Below, one piece after another: positions 26,759 to 36,691 of a stretch of DNA of 62,042 nt; position 1 is the stretch's first letter; the number at the start of each line of letters is the position of its first letter. The notes beneath the pieces were generated by a model that worked only from the letters and a program-made list of their open reading frames with translations, had not been told where the DNA came from and searched no databases. The position numbers were made by a program, and so were the translations under genes. Source of the DNA: an uncultured Candidatus Saccharibacteria bacterium (GTDB lineage Bacteria; Patescibacteriota; Saccharimonadia; Saccharimonadales; JACDBH01); assembly GCA_964642275.1 (NCBI GenBank), contig CAZXOA010000004.1, positions 1-62,042 of the forward strand. The letters run 5' to 3'.

Positions 26759-27640
26759 CTAAAAGCCGTGGAACTTGCTCTCACGCCCCTTGCGGCGATG
26801 GCTTCTCATAAGCCGCACCGTGGCAAACACAAGCAAGATAACGGCAGCCGCACCAGCTGCACGTACAAAGGCAGTTTTGTGCAGCCGGACCCATCGCACC
26901 AACGGGCTGAAAGCATTTTCGGGGTTTTGTATATCAACAACCGTCGATTCGCGTATGGCTTGACCATCTTTGAGCGTTGTTACAATCTCTACAGTCTGCT
27001 TACCGTTGGTAGTTCTTGTAGTATCAAACGGCTCAGGCGTCTGCGTTTCCTGTAGTTTTTGCCCGTTCACCACATATGCGACATGCGAAAGTTGGGCAGC
27101 ATGTTTTTGTGGTGTCTGCGAGAGATGTACCTTGCCGGCAATCGGATCATTCGAAGGCGGCGGCAGCTGTGTTAACGGCCCCGTTGCGTGTACAGCCTGG
27201 ACCGGCTGGCAATTGGCCCCAAAATCCTGCGGGATACAATCGGCCTCGGTGATAAGCACCCTGTCTACCTTTGCCCCGTCAGCCACACCAATAAGCTTGA
27301 GACTGTTGCCTGAAGTACGATGAAAAACAATAGGCTGGACAACACCTTGCAACCGATACGACTGCCAAGACCACTGGCCCGGTACCTGTTCAAAACCGCC
27401 AACCTGCAGGCACTGCTCATCATTGATCTGTACAAGGATATACGACTGAGACTGCGGCGATTCCATTCTGACCCATAGGGCATGATTTTCTGCATCCGGT
27501 AGATCTGGTACTTCGAGTGTCACAGCTCCGAATGTCGAGACATTGGCACAGCCCGCGGCCACCACGGCTGGTGCCTGTACTACTGTATACACTCCCGCCA
27601 GGGTTCCGATTGTTATAAGTAACCCACCAAGTTTTTTCAT
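26759..27640 (-). CDS. Hypothetical secreted protein with a C-terminal TM anchor
   Basis: N-terminal signal peptide, and a C-terminal hydrophobic helix followed by a basic tail (RLMRSHRRKGR). No LPXTG motif. 293 aa. Confidence 0.6.
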   Translation of the reverse strand: MKKLGGLLITIGTLAGVYTVVQAPAVVAAGCANVSTFGAVTLEVPDLPDAENHALWVRMESPQSQSYILVQINDEQCLQVGGFEQVPGQWSWQSYRLQGVVQPIVFHRTSGNSLKLIGVADGAKVDRVLITEADCIPQDFGANCQPVQAVHATGPLTQLPPPSNDPIAGKVHLSQTPQKHAAQLSHVAYVVNGQKLQETQTPEPFDTTRTTNGKQTVEIVTTLKDGQAIRESTVVDIQNPENAFSPLVRWVRLHKTAFVRAAGAAAVILLVFATVRLMRSHRRKGRESKFHGF

Positions 27641-27650
27641 CTTGGTTATG

Positions 27651-27659
27651 ATTATAGCA
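27651..27659 (-). promoter_or_regulatory. Extended -10 promoter TGCTATAAT, 10 nt upstream of ATG 27640
   Basis: Reverse complement of 27651-27659 is TGCTATAAT. Confidence 0.5.
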
Positions 27660-27708
27660 TTTGAGAGAACAAAGTATGCTCGTATATTTTCTTCCGAGAA
27701 TGTGTAAT

Positions 27709-28761
27709 TTAGAGGCTGTCGATAAACATATCGATATCACCGTCCAGCACCGCATCGACATCGCTGGTTTCGATATTACTTCGTAAGTCTTTGACAAGCT
27801 TGTAGGGATGCAGAACATAGTTGCGGATTTGGTTGCCCCAGGCTGCTTGCTCGTTCGGCCCTTTGAGTTCGGAAATTTTCTCGGCATGCTGCTCCATCTG
27901 CAGTTGGATCAGCCGCGAACGCAAGATTGTCATGGCGGTTTCTTTGTTTTGCAGCTGCGACCTTTCATTCTGGATCGCCACCGTTATACCCGTCGGTACA
28001 TGCGTAATACGAACAGCTGAGTCGGTCGTGTTAACACTCTGGCCGCCCTTGCCGCCGCTGCGATACACATCGATTTTCAGATCCTTCTCATCAATTTCAA
28101 TTGCGTCCGGCTTGTCAATTTTTGGAAAGACGTCGACTTTTGCAAAGCTTGTTTGGCGCAGAGAGTCAGAGTTAAATGGACTAAGCCGGACGAGTCGATG
28201 CACGCCATGTTCGCCCTTGAGCTTGCCATAGGCAAGCTTGCCAGCAACTGCGAGGGTGATTGTTTTGATACCAGCCTCCTCGCCTGCCGACTCATCTATG
28301 GTGACGGTTTTGTAGCTATTCTTTTCAAACCAGCGCATGTACATTCTTAGCAGCATTGCTGCCCAATCCTGCGCATCAGTTCCACCCGCCCCGGCATAAA
28401 TACTAACGATCGCATCTTGGTGATCGTAGGGTCCGCTGTAGCGAAGTTCTTTTTTGAGCTGTTCGTAAGTCATTTCATAGTCGTCAATGAGCGGTACAAT
28501 TGCCTCATCCCCAAGCTCGGCAAGCTCAAGGGCATCACGCACCTCTGCCTGCAAAGTAAGCCAAGGTGTCACCCGTTGCCCTAGGTCTGATTGCTGCCTG
28601 GAAATATCGGCAGCGGCCTTAGGATCTTGCCAGAAATCCGGCGACTGCATTTGCGTGTTCAAATCTTCCAGTTCTTGCCGTAACACAGTGATGTGCGCCT
28701 TATCAAGCAACTGCTCAAGTTCGTTTTGCAGTGCCCTCAGGCGTTTTTTTGCAGCTTCCAT
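27709..28761 (-). CDS. prfB: Peptide chain release factor 2 (no programmed frameshift)
   Basis: SPF tripeptide (LSPFNS) and a GGQ motif (GGKGGQSVN). Uninterrupted 350-aa ORF. Confidence 0.95.
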   Translation of the reverse strand: MEAAKKRLRALQNELEQLLDKAHITVLRQELEDLNTQMQSPDFWQDPKAAADISRQQSDLGQRVTPWLTLQAEVRDALELAELGDEAIVPLIDDYEMTYEQLKKELRYSGPYDHQDAIVSIYAGAGGTDAQDWAAMLLRMYMRWFEKNSYKTVTIDESAGEEAGIKTITLAVAGKLAYGKLKGEHGVHRLVRLSPFNSDSLRQTSFAKVDVFPKIDKPDAIEIDEKDLKIDVYRSGGKGGQSVNTTDSAVRITHVPTGITVAIQNERSQLQNKETAMTILRSRLIQLQMEQHAEKISELKGPNEQAAWGNQIRNYVLHPYKLVKDLRSNIETSDVDAVLDGDIDMFIDSL

Positions 28762-28767
28762 GTGGGC

Positions 28768-30060
28768 CTAGTCCTTTTTCTGCCAGAGTTCGGAAAGCTG
28801 ATCATACGCCTCATCGACAAAGGGCCGGCCGGCGCTTCCGAGCACACCCATATCCCACATATCATCGCTGAACATGAGTTCGGTTGTCTGGATAATGCGG
28901 GTTTTGGTCACGGCTTTGATACGTTCCGGCAAGGCATAATAATCATCAACATAGTCCTCGAAGAAATAACGGTTGGTGTACCCTGCGCTGACACCGGCAA
29001 CCGTCTGGCCGGCTCGCTGGTAACGGCCCAACATATATTGTTTGGCGGCTTCGATGTCTGTTTCGTCGATATCGCCTGATCGCACCTTATTAATCTCATC
29101 AATCATGATTTGAAACAGCGGCTTGGCATTCGCCGGCATGATCTGCGCCCCAAACCACCACGATACATTCTGCGCAAGTTGGTTGAAGCCAGAACTCATA
29201 GAATAAACTAACCCGCGCTCGCGGGCTGCTCCCAGGATGTTCGAATACAGCGTTTCGGTGAGCATAGTATTGATGAGTTGCCCGGCATCCCACTGCGGTT
29301 CGTCAAGCTGTTCCAGATGAAAAGTATCAACAATAAAATAGACATTTTTCACGCTTGGGTTACGCAAGTACAGTCCTTTGTCCTGCTTGATTGGAATCTC
29401 AACCGGCAGCGGAATACGGCCGTTGCCCTTCGGCAGCTCCATTTCCTCGAGCATTCTGACAATCGTGGCGCGGTGCCCCTTGAGCCCGCCGGCAATTACA
29501 AAGCGCATATTGCTGGTGGTGTGCGTGCGCTGGTAGTGCTTTTCAACGTCCTCCTTAGTATTGTTGCCGAGTAATTTTATACGTTCGCGGTCGGTCATTG
29601 CCTGATAACCGCAGTACTTGCGCATGGCAAGACTGAGATGACGGAAATGGTTGTTTGCCCTACCGTTGAGCTCTTCACGCACGTTCCCAAGCTCGGCATC
29701 AAACTCTTCCTGCAGAAACAGCGGTTGGCTAATGGCCAGTAGCATAAGGTCGAGAATTCTATCCCATTCAAAGTCGGCGCATTCCGCTTCGTAGGTAATG
29801 TCGTAGACACCTGTACTGGCGTTGTTATAAGCACCGTTTTTTTCAAACTCGGCCTGGAATATACGGGCTTTTGGATATTTCTTGTTGGCGCCCAGCAACA
29901 CATGTTCCATAATATGCGGCGTCTCCCACTTAGCCGGCTCTACCAGATACTCGCCCGCCCGAAAGTTGAACTCGAATGTCATAACACTGGCATCGGGCAC
30001 GTCAATCAGCAGCCCCTCGGCGCCGTTTTCGAGCACAATCTTTTCTACGGTATGTTTCAT
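28768..30060 (-). CDS. M16-family (pitrilysin-like) zinc peptidase
   Basis: Inverted zinc motif HIMEH (HxxEH) near the N-terminus. 430 aa. Confidence 0.88.
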   Translation of the reverse strand: MKHTVEKIVLENGAEGLLIDVPDASVMTFEFNFRAGEYLVEPAKWETPHIMEHVLLGANKKYPKARIFQAEFEKNGAYNNASTGVYDITYEAECADFEWDRILDLMLLAISQPLFLQEEFDAELGNVREELNGRANNHFRHLSLAMRKYCGYQAMTDRERIKLLGNNTKEDVEKHYQRTHTTSNMRFVIAGGLKGHRATIVRMLEEMELPKGNGRIPLPVEIPIKQDKGLYLRNPSVKNVYFIVDTFHLEQLDEPQWDAGQLINTMLTETLYSNILGAARERGLVYSMSSGFNQLAQNVSWWFGAQIMPANAKPLFQIMIDEINKVRSGDIDETDIEAAKQYMLGRYQRAGQTVAGVSAGYTNRYFFEDYVDDYYALPERIKAVTKTRIIQTTELMFSDDMWDMGVLGSAGRPFVDEAYDQLSELWQKKD

Positions 30061-30644
30061 GTTTTTGTATTTTGCTGAAGAAGCTCATCTACTTTACCAA
30101 TGAGTTCCTCTTTGCTTCCGTCATTTATGATGCAGACATTCGCAAGCTTGCGGACTCCATTCAGATAGATACCGTCCGTTCCTTCACCAAGCATGCCCTC
30201 TGCTTCCTTTTGTTCCCGTTCAATAAATTCTTTTAGTGTTACTGCATCGCCTATACGCCCTCGTGCCCGCATCCATTGGTATCGCTTCTCAATCGGCGCA
30301 TCCACAAACCACCTATCAGCGCCAGCATCCCGTGCCGCCTCAACTTCTCTCACTCTTCGAAGACCGCTTATCACCAGTCCGCCTGGGTATGCGGCCGCAT
30401 TCTCACGAAATTGCTGGAGCGCCAACTCAAACAAGGGCGCCTGATAAGTCCGCCCTAATTCATCCTTGATTCTCGCAAGTGTGTCCCTGTCATGCGGCAA
30501 CCCATGCTTGTCAGCCTCTGTATGCAACAGCTCGCTCGCCGACACATGCAGAGCACCCATTTTTGTGGCTGCAGCTTCTGCGGCCGTATCCTTGCCCGAG
30601 CTTGTAGGCCCAAGGAAGAGAAGTATTTTTTCTGTAGTATCCAT
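30057..30644 (-). CDS. P-loop nucleotide/nucleoside kinase-family protein
   Basis: Walker A GPTSSGKDT. The start was trimmed from 30818 to ATG 30644 because the longer form overlaps the secA 3' end. Confidence 0.7.
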   Translation of the reverse strand: MDTTEKILLFLGPTSSGKDTAAEAAATKMGALHVSASELLHTEADKHGLPHDRDTLARIKDELGRTYQAPLFELALQQFRENAAAYPGGLVISGLRRVREVEAARDAGADRWFVDAPIEKRYQWMRARGRIGDAVTLKEFIEREQKEAEGMLGEGTDGIYLNGVRKLANVCIINDGSKEELIGKVDELLQQNTKT

Positions 30645-30654
30645 GCCGCCCACC

Positions 30655-33267
30655 TTACTTACGCTTCTTTGCCTTCTTCTTACGTTGGCGTTCAGCCTTA
30701 CGCTGCTTTTGCTTACTTGCTTTGGTAACCACTGCCTTTGTGCCAGCGATTTGGCTGCGGCTGCTGGAAGTAAAGTCGCCTTCGTCAAACTCTTCCACAT
30801 CCAAAATCTTGTCTGCATTATCTACGCTTGAACGCGCCGCCCGGGTAAGCGCAGTATCGGTCGGTTCGTCGAGCTCATCTGCCGCTACTGGCCGGGCATG
30901 GAAAATACTGCGGAGCACATCATGACGCAGCGTCAGCTGCATCTCGGCAAATAGCACCTGCGACTGACGGCGATATTCCACTAATGGATCTTTCTGGCCC
31001 ACGCTCAGCCAGTGGATACCCTCGCGCAGGTGGTCCATGTTCTCGAGATGCTGCATCCAGAGATTGTCGAGAATCTGCAGGTAGATATCCCTCTCGACCT
31101 TACGCAAAACTTCTGCGCCAAAGGCCGCTTGGCGGCCATCATACAGCTCTATGACTTTGCGCCTTAGTTCGGACTCGAACTTGCCCGAATCGGTATCAAA
31201 CAGTCTATCGAGTGTGGATTCATCTAGCGGGAATACTTCGGTTAGAATCGTCTCGAACCGGTCGGTCAGCGACTCCGGCGAAGCTACCAGCGCTTTTACC
31301 TCTTCGTCTATAAATGCTTTGACGCGCTTGCTGATATCAGCCTGCAGCAAAATCTCGCGGCGCATACTGTAGACAGCTTTGCGGTGGCGGTTCATGACAT
31401 CGTCGTATTGCACCACGTTTTTACGCATGTCAAAGTTAAAGCCTTCGACTTTCTTCTGAGCAGATTCCAGGCTCTTACTTATGAGGCGGTTCTCGATTGG
31501 CGTATCGTCATCTACCTTGAGCCGCTGCATAAGCTTGCCGATTCGGTCGCCGCCAAACACGCGCATCAGTTCATCATCGGTACTGACGAAGAACTGGCTC
31601 TCGCCCGGGTCGCCCTGGCGGCCGGAGCGGCCACGAAGCTGGTTATCAATACGACGTGATTCATGCCGTTCGGATCCCAGTACAAACAAACCGCCTAAGC
31701 TCCGTGTTTCATCAGTCAGCACGATGTCAGTACCACGGCCGGCAATGTTGGTCGCAAGTGTCACCGCACCCTTCTGACCTGCATTGGCAACGATACCAGC
31801 TTCTTTTTCGTTGTTCTTGGCATTCAAGACCTGGTGCGGCACGCCGGCTTTTTTGAGCGCACGGCTCAGCGCCTCGTTTTTCTCAATAGATACAGTACCG
31901 ATAAGCACTGGCTGCCCCTTGTCGTGGCGCTCTTTGACTTCCCGCACAATTGCCCCGAACTTGCCTGCCTCTGTCTTGTAGATACGATCGGCTTTGTCCT
32001 CGCGGATCATCTTGCGGTTGGTTGGCACTTCAACGACATCAAGCTTATAAATCTGATGGAATTCTTCGCTCTCGGTTGTGGCCGTACCGGTCATGCCGGA
32101 CAGCTTTTCGTACAGGCGGAACAGGTTTTGGAAACTAATTGTCGCCAAGGTCATTGACTCTTCCTGGATATCTACGCCTTCCTTGGCTTCAATCGCCTGG
32201 TGCAGGCCTTCGTTATAGCGGCGGCCTTTCAGCAAACGGCCGGTAAACTGGTCGACAATTACGATCTCGCCGTCGCTCGTCACCACATAATCCTTATCGC
32301 GTTTGAATAGCAGCTGTGCTTTGAGCGCTTGGTCCAGATGATAGATGTTGCGGATGTGCTCGGTTGAGTATAGATCTGAAATGCCAAGAATCTTCTCGAT
32401 TTTTTCAACGCCTTCGTCAGTCAGAATAGTGCTGCGGCGCTTTTCGTCAATTTCGTAGTGCTCTGGCTTCAGCTGGCGCACAACCTTGGCAAACTGGCCG
32501 TAGCTGGCGCCCGATGCTGTTGCCGGGGCCGAGATAATCAGCGGCGTACGGGCTTCGTCAATAAGAATAGAGTCGGCTTCGTCCACGATGGCAAAGTGCA
32601 GATCGCGCTGGCGCAGCTGGTCGGTCTCGCGCACCATATTGTCGCGCAGGTAGTCGAACCCGAATTCATTGTTTGTACCATAAGTAATATCAGCCGCATA
32701 CGCCTCTTGGCGCGTACATGGGCGCAGATGGCGGAAACGCTTGTCGTCCTGATCTTCGTCAGTATAGCTGGTATCGTACAGATACGAATGATCCGGCATA
32801 ATCACGCCGACGCTCAGGCCAAGATAGGTATAAATCTCGCCCATCCAGCCAGCACCAATGCGTGCGAGATAGTCGTTGACCGTCACAAGGTGCGCGCCCT
32901 TGCCAGTCAGGGCATTGAGATACAGCGGCAGGGTCGCCACTAAGGTCTTACCCTCACCGGTTTTCATTTCGGCAACTTTGCCTTCGTGCAGGACCATGCC
33001 GCCAATCAGCTGCACATCAAAGTGGCGCTGGCCCAGCAGACGGTCAGATGCCTCGCGCACCACTGCAAAGGCATCAGGCAAAATCGCATCCAGTGTCTCC
33101 TTTTCGAGGCGTTTTTTGAGCACGTTTGTCTGGTCTTTGAGTTTGCTTTCGGACAGCTTTTTATATTTATCTTCAAGCTTGTTGATAGCAGCTACCTGCC
33201 GGCGCATGCGCTTGATTGTTTTGGCCTGAGGATCACCCAAGACACGTTTTAGAAACTTATTGTTCAT
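30655..33267 (-). CDS. secA: Preprotein translocase ATPase SecA
   Basis: Full-length SecA motifs (MKTGEGKTLV, DEADSILIDEARTPLIIS, TNMAGRGTDI-like NIAGRGTDI). ATG 33267 is preferred over TTG 33270. Confidence 0.97.
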   Translation of the reverse strand: MNNKFLKRVLGDPQAKTIKRMRRQVAAINKLEDKYKKLSESKLKDQTNVLKKRLEKETLDAILPDAFAVVREASDRLLGQRHFDVQLIGGMVLHEGKVAEMKTGEGKTLVATLPLYLNALTGKGAHLVTVNDYLARIGAGWMGEIYTYLGLSVGVIMPDHSYLYDTSYTDEDQDDKRFRHLRPCTRQEAYAADITYGTNNEFGFDYLRDNMVRETDQLRQRDLHFAIVDEADSILIDEARTPLIISAPATASGASYGQFAKVVRQLKPEHYEIDEKRRSTILTDEGVEKIEKILGISDLYSTEHIRNIYHLDQALKAQLLFKRDKDYVVTSDGEIVIVDQFTGRLLKGRRYNEGLHQAIEAKEGVDIQEESMTLATISFQNLFRLYEKLSGMTGTATTESEEFHQIYKLDVVEVPTNRKMIREDKADRIYKTEAGKFGAIVREVKERHDKGQPVLIGTVSIEKNEALSRALKKAGVPHQVLNAKNNEKEAGIVANAGQKGAVTLATNIAGRGTDIVLTDETRSLGGLFVLGSERHESRRIDNQLRGRSGRQGDPGESQFFVSTDDELMRVFGGDRIGKLMQRLKVDDDTPIENRLISKSLESAQKKVEGFNFDMRKNVVQYDDVMNRHRKAVYSMRREILLQADISKRVKAFIDEEVKALVASPESLTDRFETILTEVFPLDESTLDRLFDTDSGKFESELRRKVIELYDGRQAAFGAEVLRKVERDIYLQILDNLWMQHLENMDHLREGIHWLSVGQKDPLVEYRRQSQVLFAEMQLTLRHDVLRSIFHARPVAADELDEPTDTALTRAARSSVDNADKILDVEEFDEGDFTSSSRSQIAGTKAVVTKASKQKQRKAERQRKKKAKKRK

Positions 33268-33300
33268 CAAGAAATAGTCCCTCTGTAGTTAACTCGGTAT

Positions 33301-33309
33301 ATTGTACCA
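33301..33309 (-). promoter_or_regulatory. Extended -10 promoter TGGTACAAT upstream of secA
   Basis: Reverse complement of 33301-33309 is TGGTACAAT. SD AGAGGGA lies downstream. Confidence 0.45.
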
Positions 33310-33321
33310 CCGTGGAACTTA

Positions 33322-33349
33322 TTTTTCATTTATCATTTCATATTTCACA
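33322..33349. repeat. 7-nt-periodic array TTTTTCA TTTATCA TTTCATA TTTCACA
   Basis: Four consecutive TTTNNCA-type heptamers in the hpf-secA spacer. Confidence 0.55.
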
Positions 33350-33410
33350 ATAATTCTTCGTATGACGCGTGATACAAGGGAGTGTGCATTGAAACCTAGA
33401 ATATGAAGCT

Positions 33411-33785
33411 TTAGCCTTCGGCATTCGGATTGTGGCGGCGGAACCGAGCCCGCAGGCGGCGATAGAACTTTGGATCAGCATGCTTTTCTTTGTAGCGTCT
33501 GAGCTGCTGCTCGAGTTTTTCCTCGACAATATCTACAGCGGCAAACAAATTTACGGTAGATTCTTTGGCAGTCAGTGTTTCATCAGGCAAGTACATGATG
33601 ATCTCTGCGGTGCACTGATTATTCTTCTGCTTTTTGTCTTCTTTTAGCTTCACTTCGACATGTACGCTGCCGCGTGCCTTGCGAGGAATATAGCGTTCGA
33701 GTTTTGCCACGGTCTTGGTGACATATTTCTTCAGTCGCGGGCTGGCATCAGTATGCACCCCGGCGATTTCGAGTTTTTTAATCAT
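33411..33785 (-). CDS. hpf: Ribosome hibernation promoting factor (HPF/RaiA family, short form)
   Basis: S30AE-family pattern (LEIAGVH, LKKYV, KLERY, AAVD.V..KLE.QLR). 124 aa. Confidence 0.9.
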   Translation of the reverse strand: MIKKLEIAGVHTDASPRLKKYVTKTVAKLERYIPRKARGSVHVEVKLKEDKKQKNNQCTAEIIMYLPDETLTAKESTVNLFAAVDIVEEKLEQQLRRYKEKHADPKFYRRLRARFRRHNPNAEG

Positions 33786-33816
33786 ACGACCTCCTCTTTA
33801 TGAGTTAGTTTATGAG

Positions 33817-35061
33817 CTATAGGATTTCACGGTTGCCGAGATACGGCCGTAGCACCTCTGGAACGCGTAGATTACCGTCATCCGTCTGATAATGTTCGAT
33901 AATAGCGATGAGGCTGCGTGCAAACGATACGGCTGTACCGTTGAGCGTATGTACAATCTCAATCCGGCCATCAGCCCGACGCACACGGATATTCAGATTC
34001 CGCGCTTGAAAGTCGGTGCAGTTAGAGCAGCTCGTCAGCTCGCGGTAAGCCCCATCTGCTTTTGACCAATATTCGAGGTCATATTTCTTGGCCGCTGGCG
34101 CGCCCAAATCGCCGCTGGCAATATTGATCACATGATAAGGAATGTTCAGCGACTGCCACAACTCTTCTTCGATACTCCGGAGTTTTTCATGGATTTCAGT
34201 ACTCTGTTCGGGCAGTGTAAAGGCATACATCTCAAGCTTGTTGAACTGGTGTACGCGAAAGAGCCCGCGCGTATGCTTGCCCGCGGCGCCAGCTTCGCGC
34301 CTATAGGATGGACTGTAGCCAGCGTACAAAAGTGGAAGCTGGCTTTCTTCAAGGATTTCGTCGGCATGATACCCGGTCAGCGGCATCTCGGCGGTTGCAA
34401 TCAGGCTCAGGTCCTCACCCTCCAGATAGTATTCGTCGCTTTGGTCGCTTGTACGCGGCGCAAAGCCCGTACCCGTTGCTGTCCGGCTATTTACCATGTG
34501 CGGCACCGTCATGTACCCAAAGCCCCTGTCAGTTACGAATTGTATGGCGTATTGCAGCAGCGCATTCTCGAGCAGCGCTAAGTCTCCTTTGAGGAAATAA
34601 AACTTCTGGCCGGCGACTTTGGCCCCACGTTCAAAATCCACCCAGCCCTTACGGTTCGCAAAATCCAGATGATCTTCCGCACCAGTCTCTTGCCCTCCAA
34701 ATTGGCCGACCTCAACACTGGCTGATTCATCGCCCACTGGCACATCGTCAAAAGTAAGGTTTGGTACTGATTGGAGCAGTGTGCGCCACTCAGATTCAGT
34801 CTTGTTTAGATACTCTTCGCGTTCAGCTAGCTCGATCTTGATCTGCTTGCCTTCGTCAATCAGATCCTGCTCCGGACGCCCGCCTTTCATCTTGTCTGCG
34901 TTTTCGTTGCGGCGCTGGCGCAACGCTTCCACTTGACCGAGCTGTTCACGACGCTCAGCATCAAGCTGCAATAATCTGTCTATATCTACTTCATACCCTT
35001 TTTGCGCGGTTTTGGTTTTTACAAGTTCTGGATTATCTCTAACAATTTGGATGTCAATCAT
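33817..35061 (-). CDS. serS: Serine--tRNA ligase
   Basis: N-terminal coiled-coil arm (MIDIQIVRDNPE) and class II core motifs. 414 aa. Confidence 0.97.
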   Translation of the reverse strand: MIDIQIVRDNPELVKTKTAQKGYEVDIDRLLQLDAERREQLGQVEALRQRRNENADKMKGGRPEQDLIDEGKQIKIELAEREEYLNKTESEWRTLLQSVPNLTFDDVPVGDESASVEVGQFGGQETGAEDHLDFANRKGWVDFERGAKVAGQKFYFLKGDLALLENALLQYAIQFVTDRGFGYMTVPHMVNSRTATGTGFAPRTSDQSDEYYLEGEDLSLIATAEMPLTGYHADEILEESQLPLLYAGYSPSYRREAGAAGKHTRGLFRVHQFNKLEMYAFTLPEQSTEIHEKLRSIEEELWQSLNIPYHVINIASGDLGAPAAKKYDLEYWSKADGAYRELTSCSNCTDFQARNLNIRVRRADGRIEIVHTLNGTAVSFARSLIAIIEHYQTDDGNLRVPEVLRPYLGNREIL

Positions 35062-35086
35062 ATAACCCCTATTATACGCTTTTTCT

Positions 35087-35881
35087 CTACTTTTTCAGGG
35101 GTTTCTTTGCCCGAACTGCTTCAAGAGTCAGCTTAGTGCGGGCCTTGGCGTACTCGCAGAAATCACACGGGCCGCCCATGGCCGCTTGGCCTACTGCTGG
35201 CATGTCGCCGTCCATGCACTGCTTCATCTTCTTCAATGTACCGTCAACCCAGTCGGAATTGCCGGTGTATGGAATAATCTTGGTGCGGAATTCTACCCGG
35301 TCGTTAAATCCATCTAAATCAACCCGGCCGTTTGCATACACAAAGTATCCGATGTCACTGACCTCGAAGCCGTTCTGCCTCAGCAGCCATTGGTAGACTT
35401 CCAGCTGACGCTTGTAGCTCATCTGCCAGTCGGAATCTATCGATACTTCCCTATCCTTACTGGTAGCTTTGTAATCCACCACGATAAGCCTCCCGTCACC
35501 GCCGACCCATATATCGTCTACGCCACCAAACACATGGAGATTTGTCGGCTCGTGCAGCGTCGTGATACCCACGAATGTCTCACGCCAAGTATCCAGCTGT
35601 TCGTGCTCATACGGAATCGCGTCTACCTCAAACTCGAGCATCAACGGATGGGGTTTTTTCTCGGAGCGGTATTTATCGAACTCTTTTTTGAATAATTCAT
35701 CAATTGTCTTGTTGATATTGAACGGCGGACCGCTCGGCCGTGTAATCTTCAGACGCACATCCAGCCAAAAACAGCGCGGGCACTGCGTAAACAGCTCGAT
35801 CTTAGAACGGGATACCTTAAAGGGTTTATCCTGCCCCGGCTTATAAGGCTGCGACCGCTCCCGCCAGTAGTTATTCGCCAT
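35087..35881 (-). CDS. PD-(D/E)XK nuclease (Cas4/RecB-like) with a four-Cys cluster
   Basis: CPRCFW at the N-terminus and CDFC at the C-terminus, with a GGVDD...VVDYK nuclease motif. 264 aa. Confidence 0.8.
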   Translation of the reverse strand: MANNYWRERSQPYKPGQDKPFKVSRSKIELFTQCPRCFWLDVRLKITRPSGPPFNINKTIDELFKKEFDKYRSEKKPHPLMLEFEVDAIPYEHEQLDTWRETFVGITTLHEPTNLHVFGGVDDIWVGGDGRLIVVDYKATSKDREVSIDSDWQMSYKRQLEVYQWLLRQNGFEVSDIGYFVYANGRVDLDGFNDRVEFRTKIIPYTGNSDWVDGTLKKMKQCMDGDMPAVGQAAMGGPCDFCEYAKARTKLTLEAVRAKKPLKK

Positions 35882-35986
35882 AGGCTATCAGTATATAACT
35901 TTGCAGGGTAGTTTGTCTGTTGTATAAAATTTGGCCCAAAGCGAGCAAGGGTTCATGTCAAATTATAGCGTAAATGCTTATGTTTG

Positions 35987-36691
35987 TCAAGAGGCAAGCT
36001 TGGTTGCTGCTGCGACGGCGGCGGTTTCGGCTCTTAGGGTGAGGTTGCCGAGGTGGAAGTGCCCTGCGCCCGCTTCTGCAAATTCTGCTAGCTCTGCCTC
36101 GGTCCAACCGCCTTCGGGACCGATGAAAATCCCACAGGGATTTTCAATATTTGATATTTGATATTTGATATCTGAGAGTGTTTCGTCGCAAACCAGTAAT
36201 TGAACTTCATCTTTATATGTTCCGAGCGCCTTGGTCAGCGTTATCGGCTCGCGCACAAGGGGTATGTCTGAGCGGCCGCACTGCTCTGCTGCCTCTATAA
36301 CAATCGTCTCGGCCCTCTCAAGATTAAAGCCGGTTTTCTCTGACCGGGCTGCAATAATTGGCACGAAGGTTCGTACGCCAAGCTCGGTGCACTTTTGCAA
36401 TACCCAGTCGTTCTTATCTTTCTTCAGCAAGCTGAAGAAAAGATATATGTGCTTTGCAGGGAGTTTGCGCTCAAATTCGGTCACCATCTCGAGCTTGATA
36501 CCGCCCTGGGGTTCGATGGTGGCAATTTTGTATAATCTCTCGGTTTCGACCCCGTCAAAAAGCACCAGCTGGTCGCCCTCGCGGTAGCGCAGTACGCGCA
36601 GCCACTGGTTTTTGAGGCGCTCGTCATTGACCCATAAACTTTGCGTGAGCTCCAGGTCTTCTGGCCTGATATAAAAACGGTGCAGCTTCAT
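35987..36691 (-). CDS. rsmE: 16S rRNA (uracil1498-N3)-methyltransferase
   Basis: MKLHRFYI N-terminus, PUA-like domain and FIGPEGGWTEAE motif. 234 aa. Carries a heptamer-array insertion. Confidence 0.9.
   Translation of the reverse strand: MKLHRFYIRPEDLELTQSLWVNDERLKNQWLRVLRYREGDQLVLFDGVETERLYKIATIEPQGGIKLEMVTEFERKLPAKHIYLFFSLLKKDKNDWVLQKCTELGVRTFVPIIAARSEKTGFNLERAETIVIEAAEQCGRSDIPLVREPITLTKALGTYKDEVQLLVCDETLSDIKYQISNIENPCGIFIGPEGGWTEAELAEFAEAGAGHFHLGNLTLRAETAAVAAATKLAS
36147..36174. repeat. (ATATTTG)x4 heptamer array inside rsmE (sense strand AAATATC-type)
   Basis: Units at 36147-53, 36154-60, 36161-67 and 36168-74 (last unit ATATCTG). Encodes DIKYQISNI. 36145-36171 is the reverse complement of 51705-51731. 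Confidence 0.9.

Noticed and set aside
28680-28761. Programmed +1 frameshift site in prfB.
   Set aside because: The RF2 ORF is continuous from its ATG through the region equivalent to the E. coli CUU UGA C site, so no in-frame stop needs bypassing.
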